A stretch of 53,126 bases of DNA from Perkinsus olseni (GCA_013115125.1 JABANN010000205.1:1-53126), one strand, 5' to 3'. Counted from the stretch's first letter, positions 1 to 12,050 are shown. A program made the numbers and translations. The notes: generated by a model not told the origin, from the letters alone.

Positions 1-614
1 TCGGCGACTACTGTAGAGCATTCTAAATTGCATGGAAAGTGAGATTTAATATGCGTGACACAAGTATTTTAAATTTGCTAAAGTATTTAAAGTGGATAAA
101 AACTTTTTTAAAATGAAATTCGATTTTCCGTGCCCTTTTAAACCAAACGAAAAAACATTTTATTTGCTCGGGAAAAGGTGTAGAGTCGCACACTACGAAC
201 TGTAACCTAGTGAGGCGAACTCCAAACACACTACGAATCTTGGTGAACAGGGCGACAAATATTCAAATACTATAAGATACACTGACGGGAGCGGAACATC
301 AGGGGATGCGCAGCTCTTCAGCTAGCGGTAGTGAGGGACACATTACTACCAGTGCAGTCGTGCAAACCGCATTCCCAGCAGGAGAGCCCTTTGGCTCGGA
401 TGCCATGAGTAGAGTCAGGCCTGCCCAGTTCAGAAAATGCAAATATGAGGACGGTGACTCATAGCTTGGCAGTTGGCTCAAGAGGCGAAGCTTTGCACCG
501 CCCCTTCTAAAAGTCGAAAATACATCGAATAGCGATTTAGAACCAGACATATCGTAGCCCATCACTTAAATGAACCTTTAAAGGCTTCAGGTTGGAGCTC
601 TTATGTATCGAAGT

Positions 615-1306
615 TCACGGCGCAAGTGATGCTCGCTGTGGCTCACGTCCAAATGATGTCGGCGGGGCCAACGTAGGGGCAGCTTCGGGAGGCGCTCGAC
701 TCATGCCCGAGTCCTCGGTAAGGGAAGGAGTTTTTAGGTGATCTGCCCTTGCCTTGTCGTGAAACACAAGGCAGTCGGCGTCATTTGGCCGTCCTCGAGG
801 ATAAGCTCGACAAGGGGCAAGTTCCAAGCTGATGGGTGGATCTCGAAGTTCATAAATAGAATGCGCGAAGGGGCAAGAATCGTCTGTGCAATCCAACTTG
901 TAACATATCCTAGTCTTGCGCAGATCCGGTCTCGCCTGTAGCTCGTCAGTCGAATGGGCGTAAGTACACTTATCGCCATACTTGCAGCGGCCTTCTATGA
1001 AGTAACGACACGCCTGAAAAAACAGAGAAGCACGGGAAGCTTTTCCCCCGAGTGTGTTATAATCACCTTCGTTTTGAACAAAAGGTCCCTAATCCATTCG
1101 CTCGATTGTTGGATACTTGAGCAGTCCGTCGGCAGAGCATGCGGGGCCAAGAGAACATCAGGTGACACATCAGGAGGGTCCAGGAGGCCAGGCTTGAGGG
1201 AGAGATCTGCGGGCGGTAGCAGGGAGAACTCAGACGACCCTCGGCAGGAGACGTCCGAAGGTGCTCCCTTTCCCCGTTGCTTGAATCTTGGACGGGAAAG
1301 CGGCAT
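615..1306 (-). CDS. Tandem CCCH zinc-finger protein, copy 1 (apparently intact; exons 1306-1067 and 1013-615)
   Basis: Removing a 53-nt GT..AG intron (1066-1014) joins LFKTK to ACRYFIEGRCKYGDKCTYAH (C-x7-C-x5-C-x3-H), then PDLRKTRICYKLDCTDDSCPFAH. TGA at 615-617. The start codon was chosen by homology with copy 2. Confidence 0.85.
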
Positions 1307-3545
1307 TAAAAACGATACGAGATGAACCGAACAGAGGGAGAAGATTACCGGCACAATCATCAGCATCGACGTTATCATTGGCGCTATGTGGATCCCTACC
1401 TAATCTTCTTCGCGACATTGTCGCGACTTGTCAAGTGAGTCTGTGTTCAGAGCTTGTTTGCACTGCCCAGCTTTGAACGTGGCTGTTGATATAGAGTCAG
1501 AAGTATTATTGCTTCATGTGGCTCATAACGAGGAATGTAGCCCGCGTGGGCTCTGATCGACCCGCGAACGAACTGATCTTAGCCCATCGGAAGTTGGAAT
1601 CAGCAGCTCCACTGGGGTACCCGCTTCCACCAACGGACCCTAAAAATCTGAAGCTGCCGAATATGAAACGCATGCTAAGGTAGACCTCCACCTTTCCTTA
1701 GAGCTTCTGAGCTCGTTTACACTAAGTCACGATATACATTTTCCGTATGCCCTACAAAAGAACGTCCCGTATCAGTTTGATACCCAAGCACTTCGGAGCG
1801 TGACGTGGCCGCCGCGCTCGTAAGAGCACGCATGATGCGCTTTAGCGGCGAAAAAATTTTTGAGCCAGACCGAGCTGTCCGTACGACAAGCCTTCCTAGC
1901 TGTATAAGCTAGCAATTGTAGCTAGAAAACTTTTCGACATGCCATTCAGCTCCGCTTCTTCCATCACAGTTACCTTGTTTTCACTGCCGTTTGTTTGGGT
2001 CGGGCGACGATAATGGCACGCGAGCGCCATCCACCTCAGCTAAGCTGAATTAGCTAGGTTCGAACCGGCAGCGCCCGCATAGAGTTGAACTGATGGTTTC
2101 ATGATTGGTACTGTCGTGATGCGCTCTGACTAAGACTCCGCTTGTATCCATCATCACTTGTCCGGAGGGTATGACACCCTTGGGCGGCCTTAGTCGGTAG
2201 GTCGGAGATTTTTTTCTATTCTTCAGCCCTCTCAATGGAGAGCAGGGGTAAAACGCTACTCATTTGGAACCGCTTATTCAGCTAGTTGCAGCACGCTCCC
2301 AGTGCATTCAGTGGTGTGGGAACATCGTGTTCGCTTTGTTATAGTGATGTGTGGTGAACTCGCGGCTACCAGTTTTCATGGAGACAGCGTGGCCTCGTGG
2401 ACGGTAGACAACATAGCTCTACTAGCTAGATGGCGCGCAATAACATCAAGGGGCCCAGTTCGCTAAGCAGACTCTGCTGGCGGACTCTCAAGTCGCCTCC
2501 AAAAGTTGGAACTGGGGAGAGGATGTTTCATGGCAGTATGGCGCTCAATTCTTCTGTATGTACTCTCATTCGATCATCGACTGTGGCAAATCATCATCAC
2601 TGTGGCAATAACCGAAGATGCTAGAACTTCAATCACAAACACGCGAATCTGGAATTCGGGCAGTAGGAATGATGTGAGCAAGCGAGTTCCGCACACCGAG
2701 AAGCATGAAAATCGCAGACTGTAAGGCTCAGAAGGTTCATAGAGGGAGATGCAAGATCCACTCCAGGATCTGAAGGTGCGTTCGCTCAAGTTGGCTCCGA
2801 GTGGCACGAACCGAGTTAGCTCGCAACACAACAGGCTGCGACATGCCTCATCGACATGCTTCTCGCCATCAAACCCTGTGTTAAAGCGAAGTCATTTCGC
2901 AGTGTTCGCTCACGAAAAGTTGTTACAACTCGTTCCACAGCGGTTGTGTAACGGTTGCTCCTTCTCGAATTCCAAAACTTCCATCTCGTGGCGCGCATCT
3001 TTGAGCTTTCTTAGCATTCCGGTATGGGGCCCCATTAATTAGGGAGCAGACTCCAGATAGACCTGGTAAGAGGATAACCGTGTACCACCCAAGTACTGAT
3101 GTTTAGCGGGGCGGATAGCGTACAAATGGGAGTAGAGGGGTTTGGTTTACTCCGCAACGCTCGGCAGCTCAGAGACTATGACGTCCTCGGCCGACGAATG
3201 TTCATCAGTGATTAACATTCGATGTCTTTCATAGCGATGAATCGTCGTTATGAACACCGCGGAGGATGGTGCTCCTCTACTGCTGGTTAAAGAACGGATG
3301 AGATTTTATGTACCAATGGTGATACGCCGCGGAAAGCCAATGCAATCGGGTGATCGAATCATCAACTGCACTTGAATGGCGCCCTGCACCGCTCAGCCTC
3401 GTAGAGTCTTCAAGGGGCAGCCCTTAATACAGTACAATAATAATACAGCCAATAATACAGTACAGCCTGACGGACGGGAAACATTAGCGAATGAGCAACC
3501 GGGTGACTCTTGATCCAGCGGGATTAAATGACACTGCAACATGAG

Positions 3546-3573
3546 ATGCAACATGCAACATGCAACATGCAAC
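3546..3573. repeat. (ATGCAAC)x4 short tandem repeat
   Basis: Four perfect 7-mers are directly visible. Confidence 0.9.
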
Positions 3574-3824
3574 TGCTGACATGAGATATGCAAACCGCAT
3601 TCGAGGTGGCGGCACATGCTGCGCTCAAGTGCCACTAATCGAGTGAAAAAAGCCCAGCTGATTTGGAATTCGGATAGAAGGAAGGCGACTCGTATTGAGG
3701 CACCTGTCTTATGCGGCCAAGCCTTTCTCGTCGCTCCAAAATGTCGAAAGACACTCGAATAGTCAGTCAAATGGCACAAAGCGGAAGCACACTAGCCGAA
3801 TCAAGCCTCGCTCAAGATCGAACT

Positions 3825-4903
3825 TCAAGTTGCAAATGGAGCGTCTTGAGATTCGCACCAGAATAATGTTGTTGGGGCCAATATAGAAGCGAGTCCGAAA
3901 GTCGCTTGACTCGTGCTCGATTCCTCGGCTGCGGCAGCAGTTATAAGCTCACCGGGCGTGGTCTGGTTGAGAGCCATCGAATGGGGGCTACCGTTACCCT
4001 GGCCATGGAGGGATGCTTGATGAGGGATAAGTTCGGATCCCACGAATGGATCCCGCAGCTCATAAATAGAATGGGCGAAGGGACAAGACTGGTTGGTGCA
4101 ATTAATCTTGTAGCAAGTCCTGGTTTTATGCAGATCCGGTCTCGCCTGCACTTCGTCAGCCGAATGAGCGTAAGTGCATTTATCACCGTATTTGCACCGA
4201 CCTTTGATAAAATAGCGGCATACCTGACGACGAAAGACTATCGTAGACACGCTCGTGATGGTCTAATTGTCACCTTGGTCTTGAATAGACGGTCTTTAAC
4301 CCACTGGCTAGGCTGACGGCTGTTTGAGCGCTCTGTCGATAGGGGAATCAGAGACAAGAGAACGTCGGGCGACGAGGGGGGAGGCTCCAAAAGAGCTGGC
4401 TTCAGAGAGAGCTCGGGAGGCGGCAGCAGGAAGGACACCGTCGAATTTCGTCAAGTCGCGAATCGATCAGCCGGGGAGGAGACACTCCTACCAGGCGACC
4501 CCACCCTTGAGGGAGGGACGGGTGGGTCAAAAACATCGACAGGACACCCGGCACTACCGTGCCAGACGCTGACCTCTCACGATGAACGGCTCGGCGACGT
4601 ACCCCGCCTCGCACGCATACACACGATTGTCTCCTGCGGCGGACTACCGTGGATTTTCCTTCGACACACAGAGTGTATCGATTACTAAAATCCCGGCTCT
4701 TCGTCCGCGACCTTGCGTAACATACAATGGGAAAAGAGCTCAAGTCGCGAATCGATCAGCCGGGGAGGAGACACTCCTACCAGGCGACCCCCATCGTTGA
4801 GATCGATTCGAGACGACGAGGTCTCTTCCCATGCCCATCGAGGAAAGGCGCCCGATCACGCTCCTTTTCCCCATTGCTTGCGTTTAGTACAGGAGGGGAG
4901 CAT
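3825..4903 (-). pseudogene. Tandem CCCH zinc-finger paralogue, copy 2; exon 1 has an in-frame TGA and an insertion of about 385 bp
   Basis: Same intron position (4273-4224, 50 nt) and same 399-nt last exon (VCRYFIKGRCKYGDKCTYAH..KTRTCYKINCTNQSCPFAH). The N-terminus MLPSCTKRKQWGKGA* matches copy 1 MPLSRPRFKQRGKGAP. Homology resumes near 4438 (SFLLPPPELSLKP). Confidence 0.75.
4451..4791. repeat. 52-bp identical direct repeats (4451-4502 and 4740-4791, period 289 bp) inside the insertion in CCCH copy 2
   Basis: TCAAGTCGCGAATCGATCAGCCGGGGAGGAGACACTCCTACCAGGCGACCCC occurs twice and is absent from copy 1. Confidence 0.95.
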
Positions 4904-6929
4904 TCGAAAACCACAAACAATGAACAGGGCTCTAAACGAGTTATTCAATGCTCAATTACGATTAGACTCCCCGTGCCGGTTCGGTACGCGAGCGCGTAGG
5001 AAAAGCTCGGAGCTACTAGCTTTCCGGAGGGTGACGTGGTAGCTACTCTTACGTTGGCACGCGTACAGCATAGCCACGCTTCGGAGACTAACTGACTGAA
5101 TGTGTAGTCTCTTTAGCAATTGGTGCTGGCTAGGTTAGCTAGTAATCTTCTCATTGAATCGTCCGAATACGTTACAAGTCTATTGCAATTAGCTTCCTCG
5201 TTATACCATTGGTTTGAAGTGGGCGACAGTGATCGTGGAGAAGCACCCTTGTCGCGGCTAAGCTAAACCAGCTAGGTTCTACCCGATATCGCTCCTTCAT
5301 TGTTGAGCCGATGATTCTCTCAACAGTACTATCATTAGGCGCTCAAATTAACGCCTCGGGGGTGTCCATCCGTACTTCACAGGAAGGTGTGATTTAGTTA
5401 AGCGGCCTTTGTCAGGTAGTCGGAGGATCTTCCTACCCTGCAATCTTCTCAGCGTTGAACGAGTGGAAAATTCCTCTCGTCTCTCACTCTTCGTCTCATT
5501 GGTTCCAGCAAACTCCCGATGAATGCTTTGGATGGAAACACTGTGCGACATTCGTCACAGTTGTGTGATGGACTCGCGATGATCAGTCTCCATGGGGACA
5601 GCGTGACCTTGTCTACAGGAGACAGCTTAGCTCTACTAGCTACATGGTGCGCAATGATCTCGAGTAGAAGCGCGCGGCTCAGGGGCGACTGAGGTGGTTA
5701 GTCACTCCGGTTTCTAAGCCCAGAATGGCCTTGAAACCCGTCATGGAAGCTGTCCATGTAGTGGAATCCCGATCCCATTATAGAGCTTGTATACCTTGTT
5801 GTAAGGGCAAGTTTTTCACGAAGTACGCTAATACCCGGAAAGGTCGACTTGAAGGATGCGCCTTCCAACAAGTATCTCCGCCAGAGATTCTCTGAGCTGA
5901 GTTCGTTGAGTTGGATTTCCACTGTGGATGATGCTATCCAGCGTTGGAGAATCCGGACAGAGAACGAAACACCTTGTAGAACGAAACACCGCGCACATTC
6001 GAATCTGAAAGCCAAAGTTCGTCGGGAGGTGGCTCGTGGCGATGCTCTTTAGTGCTCCAGAAGCATTGCCGCTACGACTCCTATGACGTCTGTGAAGTCC
6101 TAGCTCTCGAGCCAGAGAGTCTCAAACTGGGCACATTGGCAAGAGTCGGACCAAGGCGGGACAGGCGTTGGACTATAAACTTACATACCACACACACTCG
6201 AGGAACCTAAGCTCGCTTCCGAATGTTCTAGTGGATGGCATAACAATGCTCCTCATTCGTCGATGCCTCTCGTCATATGCAATGTAAACTCGTTCGTCAT
6301 CTTACAGCTGAAAAAATATCAGTCATGATTAGTATAGAGGCATTGTGCTCCTTGGCGACAGTACATCTCGTGCTTGCGACTATCCCATTAATCTAAAGTC
6401 CGAGAAACTTGGCTGCATGGGGGTCTGAGCTGTCAGGAGTACGGATAACGCTAGACGGATTGCTATGTGGCAATCGAGTGGCACTAATGTTGAAGTCATA
6501 GCCCGAATACTGTAGCAAATGATACACGCAACTTCCGTTCACTCGTGGAAGGTGTGGCGGACTCTTACGCGAAGCTCATTGGAGAGTCGGCGCGGCCCGA
6601 ACGTTTCCACGAAAAAGGAGCACCAGGCCCGGACTCGATTAAGAGCCAAAAACTCAAGGACGTAGAAACCCTTTTCCACTGCACGCCTGCTGCGAGCAGA
6701 CAGGAATACTCTATTCCATACCTTGTCACCATCGGACTTTGCGGAGAGCTGCTCCCTCGTGGATATATTGGCCGTGGCCGCCCTGATCTTGACAAGAAAA
6801 CATAGCAGTGGTTGAACACGGTTCACCGTACACGCCGTACGGTCCGATCCAATTGCACTGGGCGCCTGCTGATGATTGAGCTGTAATCCTGGGCGTAGTG
6901 ACCGCCGGAAATTGAGCTTTAGCAACAGA

Positions 6930-7290
6930 ATTGCGCTCGCTACGGAGTGCGAGAAAACTCAGTCGTCGCGCTCGCTCCGTCTATTTCTGCGATCGTCTGA
7001 CAGTAACAGACACCGGGATTAGGCCGTCGTTGACTCTGATCCGTGAGTAGCTTCTTATCTGTTAGCTCGATTGACTTTTTTTGAACGATCGGTCGCGAGT
7101 GAGATCAGCGACAAGAGATTATCGGGTGATAGAAATCAGCCAGGGATACCCGGCCTGTTAGAGAGTCCTGGAGGCAGCAGCAAGAAGAGCCAGACCCACT
7201 TGCCAGCGACAACCTTCGGGAGGAGACGATCCCAGAGGCCTCCCGTACAGTCTTACGAGTGCACTGTTCCGAAGCCAAAAACCATGAAGG
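6930..7290 (-). pseudogene. Decayed third CCCH paralogue
   Basis: A minus frame reads LLLPPGLSNRPGIPG*FLSPDNLLSLISLATDRS, matching copy 2 LLPPPELSLKPALLEPPPSSPDVLLSLIPLSTERS. Downstream DD*VFSHSV resembles a finger end (DKCTYAHS) with Cys changed to TGA. Boundaries are approximate. Confidence 0.65.
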
Positions 7291-7873
7291 AAACACAGAA
7301 TCGGGTATGCACCAAGAAATCTTCTAAGGATTCTAAGCCACCATCGGCAATGCCGATTCGGCATTACGTGGTCCTAGGACGTATAGCTCCCTACAAATTC
7401 TCAACTCACTCTCCCATCCTACAAGAAAAATCACTGTTTCGACATTCGTTTGTGTGACCCAGCTTGCAACCTCGTCTGGTAGACTCGCAAAAAAGGTTCA
7501 TGACAGCTCATGAGATTCCTATTGGGCCCATGACGAAGGAAATTCGTTCGCCTGATCTTAGTGCCCTTCAAAGGAATGCTGCTCCCCCATCAGAAGACGA
7601 ACCCGGCTGTTGCATGGCTGCCGCGTTCATCCGCACACACTATCCATCTCGCAGATATTAGAGAGAAGGCAAGATTGAGCTCAATGTTGATCGCCAGGAA
7701 AGGGGAGACCTATGTCCAATTAACAGCCGCCGCTTCTTGAGTGTGTTCCATTGAACTAAACACTAAACACGGCTCAGAAGTGAATAGCTTCGTAATACAG
7801 GATAAATAGATTCTCAGCTGGTGATACCAGCAATGGTATTGCAGCGGCTGCCCGCCCAATTCCAGAGTGTTCT

Positions 7874-9225
7874 TTACTCGGCCTTGGGCTTGGGAACGCG
7901 CTCGATCATGCTGGCGACCTTAGCTTCAACCTTCTTGAGAGACTCCGAAACCTTAGCGAATGCCGGCTCGACCTTCTCCTTGTAAGCTGGTTGCTTCTTA
8001 GCCAGAGGGAAAAGAGCATAACAGTTGAGCGAAAGCAAGACGAGACCAGTGATGCCGAAGAGAGAGAGGGCAAAGGAAAGCACATAGAGCAAGAGAATCG
8101 CGTTAACGTTCTTAGCGGGCACCTCCCAGAAAACAATCTCTCGCACATGACCCATCACCGTTTGGAAACAAGTAACTGCCTTGGTTAACTTGGCTTCACA
8201 GTCCTTGCCGTCACACTTAGGGGCGCACGAACACTTCGGGATTTCTACGCCAAATGACTTGGCAGCAAAAGAGGCAATGAACGCGACGGCAATGAGCTTG
8301 GCAACAAGATGGCCGGCCATACAAAGAGCAGCCGATACCGAGATGATAGCGATGTTGGCAAGGACAAGGGCAACACCGGACATCTGAGGATTTTCCCATG
8401 ATTTGAGCTCGGCGACGGACGTCTTAGGAAGTTTAGAAAGGCACTGCTGAGCCTTGGACTTAGCGCAGGCCATCTTCGGCTCGACGGTGTCATGATAGAA
8501 ACTCTTGATGGCGCAACCTTTAGCAGACCTTCTGGCGATGGCCTTTCTGATGGGAACCGCTAGGAAGAGAATCTGGACGGCGACAAAGGCAAAGAAACGG
8601 AAACCGAGATGATGAGCCATTTTGAGGGCCATCATATAGAGGGCGAAGACCTGACAAATAAGTTGTCAGACAACTGAAGGCTCCAGCGATACCCTACCTG
8701 CGCGGACTTCATAGGGTTCTCCCATCGGAAGATGTCGGAAATCTCGCCCATGAGAGATGTCATTCGAGCGTGGATGCCAGCAGCGGTCCTGCGAAGAGTG
8801 CAGAAATGACGGCTGACGAGGAAGCGAGGAAAGCTACTTCTTAGGGTCCATGTCGGCCACTGCCTTGAGAGGACAGCAGGTTGGTACAGGAACCACATTA
8901 AACTTGAAGAGAAGGCCGGCAGGGATGACAATCCACATGACGAAAGCGACGGCCCAACCAGCAGGGTCCTCAGAGCTCGAAATCAGGATGCCAACGTTCA
9001 GCAAGGTATACAACATACCTTCACAAGAACCACAATCAAAAATATAACTTCAGGCGGCAACCACGTACCAGACGGCAACGGATTCTCCCAGGACAGGACG
9101 GAACAGCTACCCAAAGAGCAGCAGCTTCCGCAGGTGTTGTCTTCCTTCTTGGGGACTTCGGCAACGACGGGAGCCTCGGCGGGAGTCTGAGCCCTAGGAT
9201 CAGGGGTCTCGACAGTCTTGGCCAT
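7874..9225 (-). CDS. Reticulon-family ER-shaping protein with two tandem reticulon-homology domains (about 401 aa; exons 9225-9069, 9018-8838, 8788-8698, 8650-7874)
   Basis: Three GT-AG introns (50, 49, 47 nt) give a continuous 1206-nt CDS. Four W-E-x-P motifs (SWENPLPSG, RWENPMKSA, SWENPQMSG, FWEVPAKN) are each followed by a long hydrophobic segment. It ends in a Lys-rich amphipathic tail (..IERVPKPKAE). Confidence 0.85.
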
Positions 9226-10129
9226 TCTCCAATATATTTATAAGGAAAACGAACAAATCTGAGAGGACTCAGATAACCCAGGGACGCAGTTAATGGACTC
9301 GACGAGCAACAGCTTCACCACTGAGCGACTTCAATTCACCGCAGGAATAGGATGTACTCATTTCGTCACAAATTAGTCTCAAAAAGCTTCCACATTCGCG
9401 AGACACTTTTATCATGAGTTCCAGTCTAAACCTCAAAAGCACCTCAATTGTGGATGCTCTCAACCCCATTCCAAAAAACAACCTAAGGCCAACAACAAAG
9501 TTAGGGCCTCCATGCTGTCATGCAGCGTCAAGAAGGCTAGATACCTACTAGCTACACAAGAGTCGTCACGAGCGCGGAGCACAACCACCGACGACGGAGC
9601 GAAGCGAATTTCATTTAGCAGTTTTCTACGCTAAATGCAAATGTTGTGTCACGTGTCACCTTACACTATGAAAATGAAATCAGCTTCGAACAGGATGTCA
9701 ATTCTTGTGAAAGAAGTGTCTTGTTCCACTTGAGAAACACCGAGGGATCTGAATTACCGGGCTGAGATTATATAATCGTCGGTAGTGCTGACTCAGTACC
9801 GTCAGTGATTGAACGTTATTACAAAAGAGCGACAACTCTGTGTTCAAAGTGTTTTACGTAGGTTCCCCTTAGTAAGGACTCCCTACCTTTCTCACGACCG
9901 ACGCCCATGATTCATTCCCGTCGCTATCGGCCAGTGAACGATCAAACCATTCGTGTCTGTAGGGTGTTTCATATGGCCAATTCTCAGCCGTATGCTCCGT
10001 GGCATGGACTCGGTAACACAACATTAATTCCAGTAGAACATGCAAATTCGATCAACAAGAAACGGCCTTCAGGCGCACTTGTAATGATCTTCGTCACCTG
10101 ACAAGTACGCTCAAGACAATTTCAGCTAG

Positions 10130-12050
10130 CTACTTACCAGCATCGTAGACGAGGCCGTCATCGCTGAGCTCTCCAAGCAGTTTGCTGAGAACAAGGCGAC
10201 TCGTGAGCAAGGTCACAGGAAAACCTTTACCGAATTTCCGCTGTTCCTAGGACCCCCTGGAACTTGGTCGTCATCTCCGCAACCTGCGCCCGCAACAATG
10301 TGGTTCAGAGGTGGAGCAACATTCCCGCTAGAGACCACCAATCTCGCACGACTGGCTCCGATTTACGCCATATTGACGAGAAAATGGACTACGATACGTC
10401 TTCAACACATCACATGCATTCCATGAAGAAGCACGACCTTATTACCGAGTATCCGAAGTCAGTAGACTCTGATCCAACCTTGATGAATTCCAAAAGCTGG
10501 TCGCGCTTCTGGGCATCGGTATTGGCAGACCCGGGCTGATTTTCGCTGGCCGGTGAGGGCATCGATGACGAAGGATTGCTACATTCAGACACGTATATCT
10601 ATGCTTCGCACATTCACAGTCGCTCATTGTCGAGCTGTTGTTGAGGAAAAAGGTAGGCAAACAGGCGAAGCCTTCAAAGCTGCAAATGATACCTACGTGC
10701 TAGCAACTTCAGCTGCCACTTGGGACGCGCCTCCAAATGAGAGCCTTTTGCCATCGGCCGATACAGGAGCTACGTCTCCGCTGTTGACGATATACGCATG
10801 GGCTATAGCTGCGATATGACCTGTTAGCACATTCGCTGGACATGTGTGGGTGGTTCGCTTCGGCATACGAATCGCCTTACAAGGTATCTCGTTCAAGTTA
10901 TCGACAGGTAGGACTCTCTGAGCCGATATATACGGACTGCTCCCACCACGAACGGCCCCGATAACACGAACGTAGGGCTGTCCATGGACGTGGAACCTGC
11001 AAGCTAACACGTGTGGGCTTCACTGACAGCGTAGAGTTCTCACTTTCCCTTTTTAAGGATCTCATCTACTTTTCCTCGACCGACCGTATCCGACTCCTCT
11101 AAAACAAAAGGAGTTGCAAAAAAGGCGGAGGGAAGCTGACAATCTTCCTACCAAGATACATCTTGCATCTGACACTGCCCGTGAAGTCGTCCAAGGTCCA
11201 GTGGATGGCCAGACCATCGTGTTCAATCTCTCTCGCATTTCCTGCAGACCCACGGTACAGGGTGTCGAGGTGTCGGGTGATTAGCATCAACGCGAAGAAG
11301 ACATCCACACATTAGAATAAAGCGCACGCTCCGATCGACTGTCGAGGTCAACGTCAGACATCGAAGCGGCGGCAACGACTTCTTCCCAATGAAATCGCAA
11401 GCCCCAACCTCAAACAGTCTACCGATAATCTCGACCGCCCTCGCGGCAGCTCCCAGGACTTCGATGTCATCGCCACCTGACCATCACAAACCCTGCATGC
11501 ACTGCTCCCGACCATGGACAAATCTATACGTCGGAACGCAGTTCCTCAACGCTGGTGCTAGGATATCTCACCTGAGTGTTGCTTCACGGCATCTTGGAAT
11601 ACTCTCACGTTCACCGGCACTAGAGGACGACGTGCTGGTTTCTTGTCGCCTGAAGATAGCTGGTGGGAATCCTGAACATTCAGCATTCAATACCAGTCCC
11701 AGTGTCCATGCCGCCACCAAAAGACATCTGAAAAGAAGCAGATCTTGTCACCTCGGCACGGGCCAATACGACCCGCCATACCGAACTCTCAACCAGGCAT
11801 GAACTGGACGACGATAATGATAAACAGAGATCGACGAATGAGCGGATTCCCAACTGGCCTAGCAACGCGGAGGACCCACCCGTCCACCGCTCATTCTTCC
11901 ACCGGACTGAGAACCGAATCCCGGAGTGCCAGCCATCGCCGTGGATGGAGTATCACCACCGAAGCCGCCGAAACCACCGAAACCGCCGAACGACATTAGA
12001 CCGAGTGATTAACTGCGCCACCGAGAAGACCTAGACTGCACAACGTAACT
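10130..12050 (+). mobile_element. Heavily decayed LTR-retrotransposon (Ty3/gypsy-like) pol remnant
   Basis: Intronless, stop-riddled fragments in pol-like order: RRPYPTPL (about 11080), then PCMHCSRPWTNLYVGTQF..HLGI..AFNTSPSVHAATK (11389-11802), resembling an integrase Zn-finger end and core. No LTRs were identified. Confidence 0.4.

Larger units (their letters stand above)
2001..5660. repeat. Diverged duplicated blocks (about 2001-2447 and about 5221-5660) from the tandem segmental duplication carrying the CCCH genes
   Basis: Colinear matches, e.g. GCTAAGCTGAATTAGCTAGGTTC / GCTAAGCTAAACCAGCTAGGTTC, CATGGAGACAGCGTGGCCTCG / CATGGGGACAGCGTGACCTTG and TAGCTCTACTAGCTAGATGGCGCGCAAT / TAGCTCTACTAGCTACATGGTGCGCAAT. 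The offset of about 3.2 kb equals the offset between the genes. Confidence 0.85.

Noticed and set aside
4855-4860. In-frame TGA in CCCH copy 2 (and in copy 3) as stop-codon recoding
   Set aside because: Intact genes in the window end at TGA (SmG, RIB43A, UAP1), and these copies carry other lesions, so pseudogenisation is the simpler explanation.
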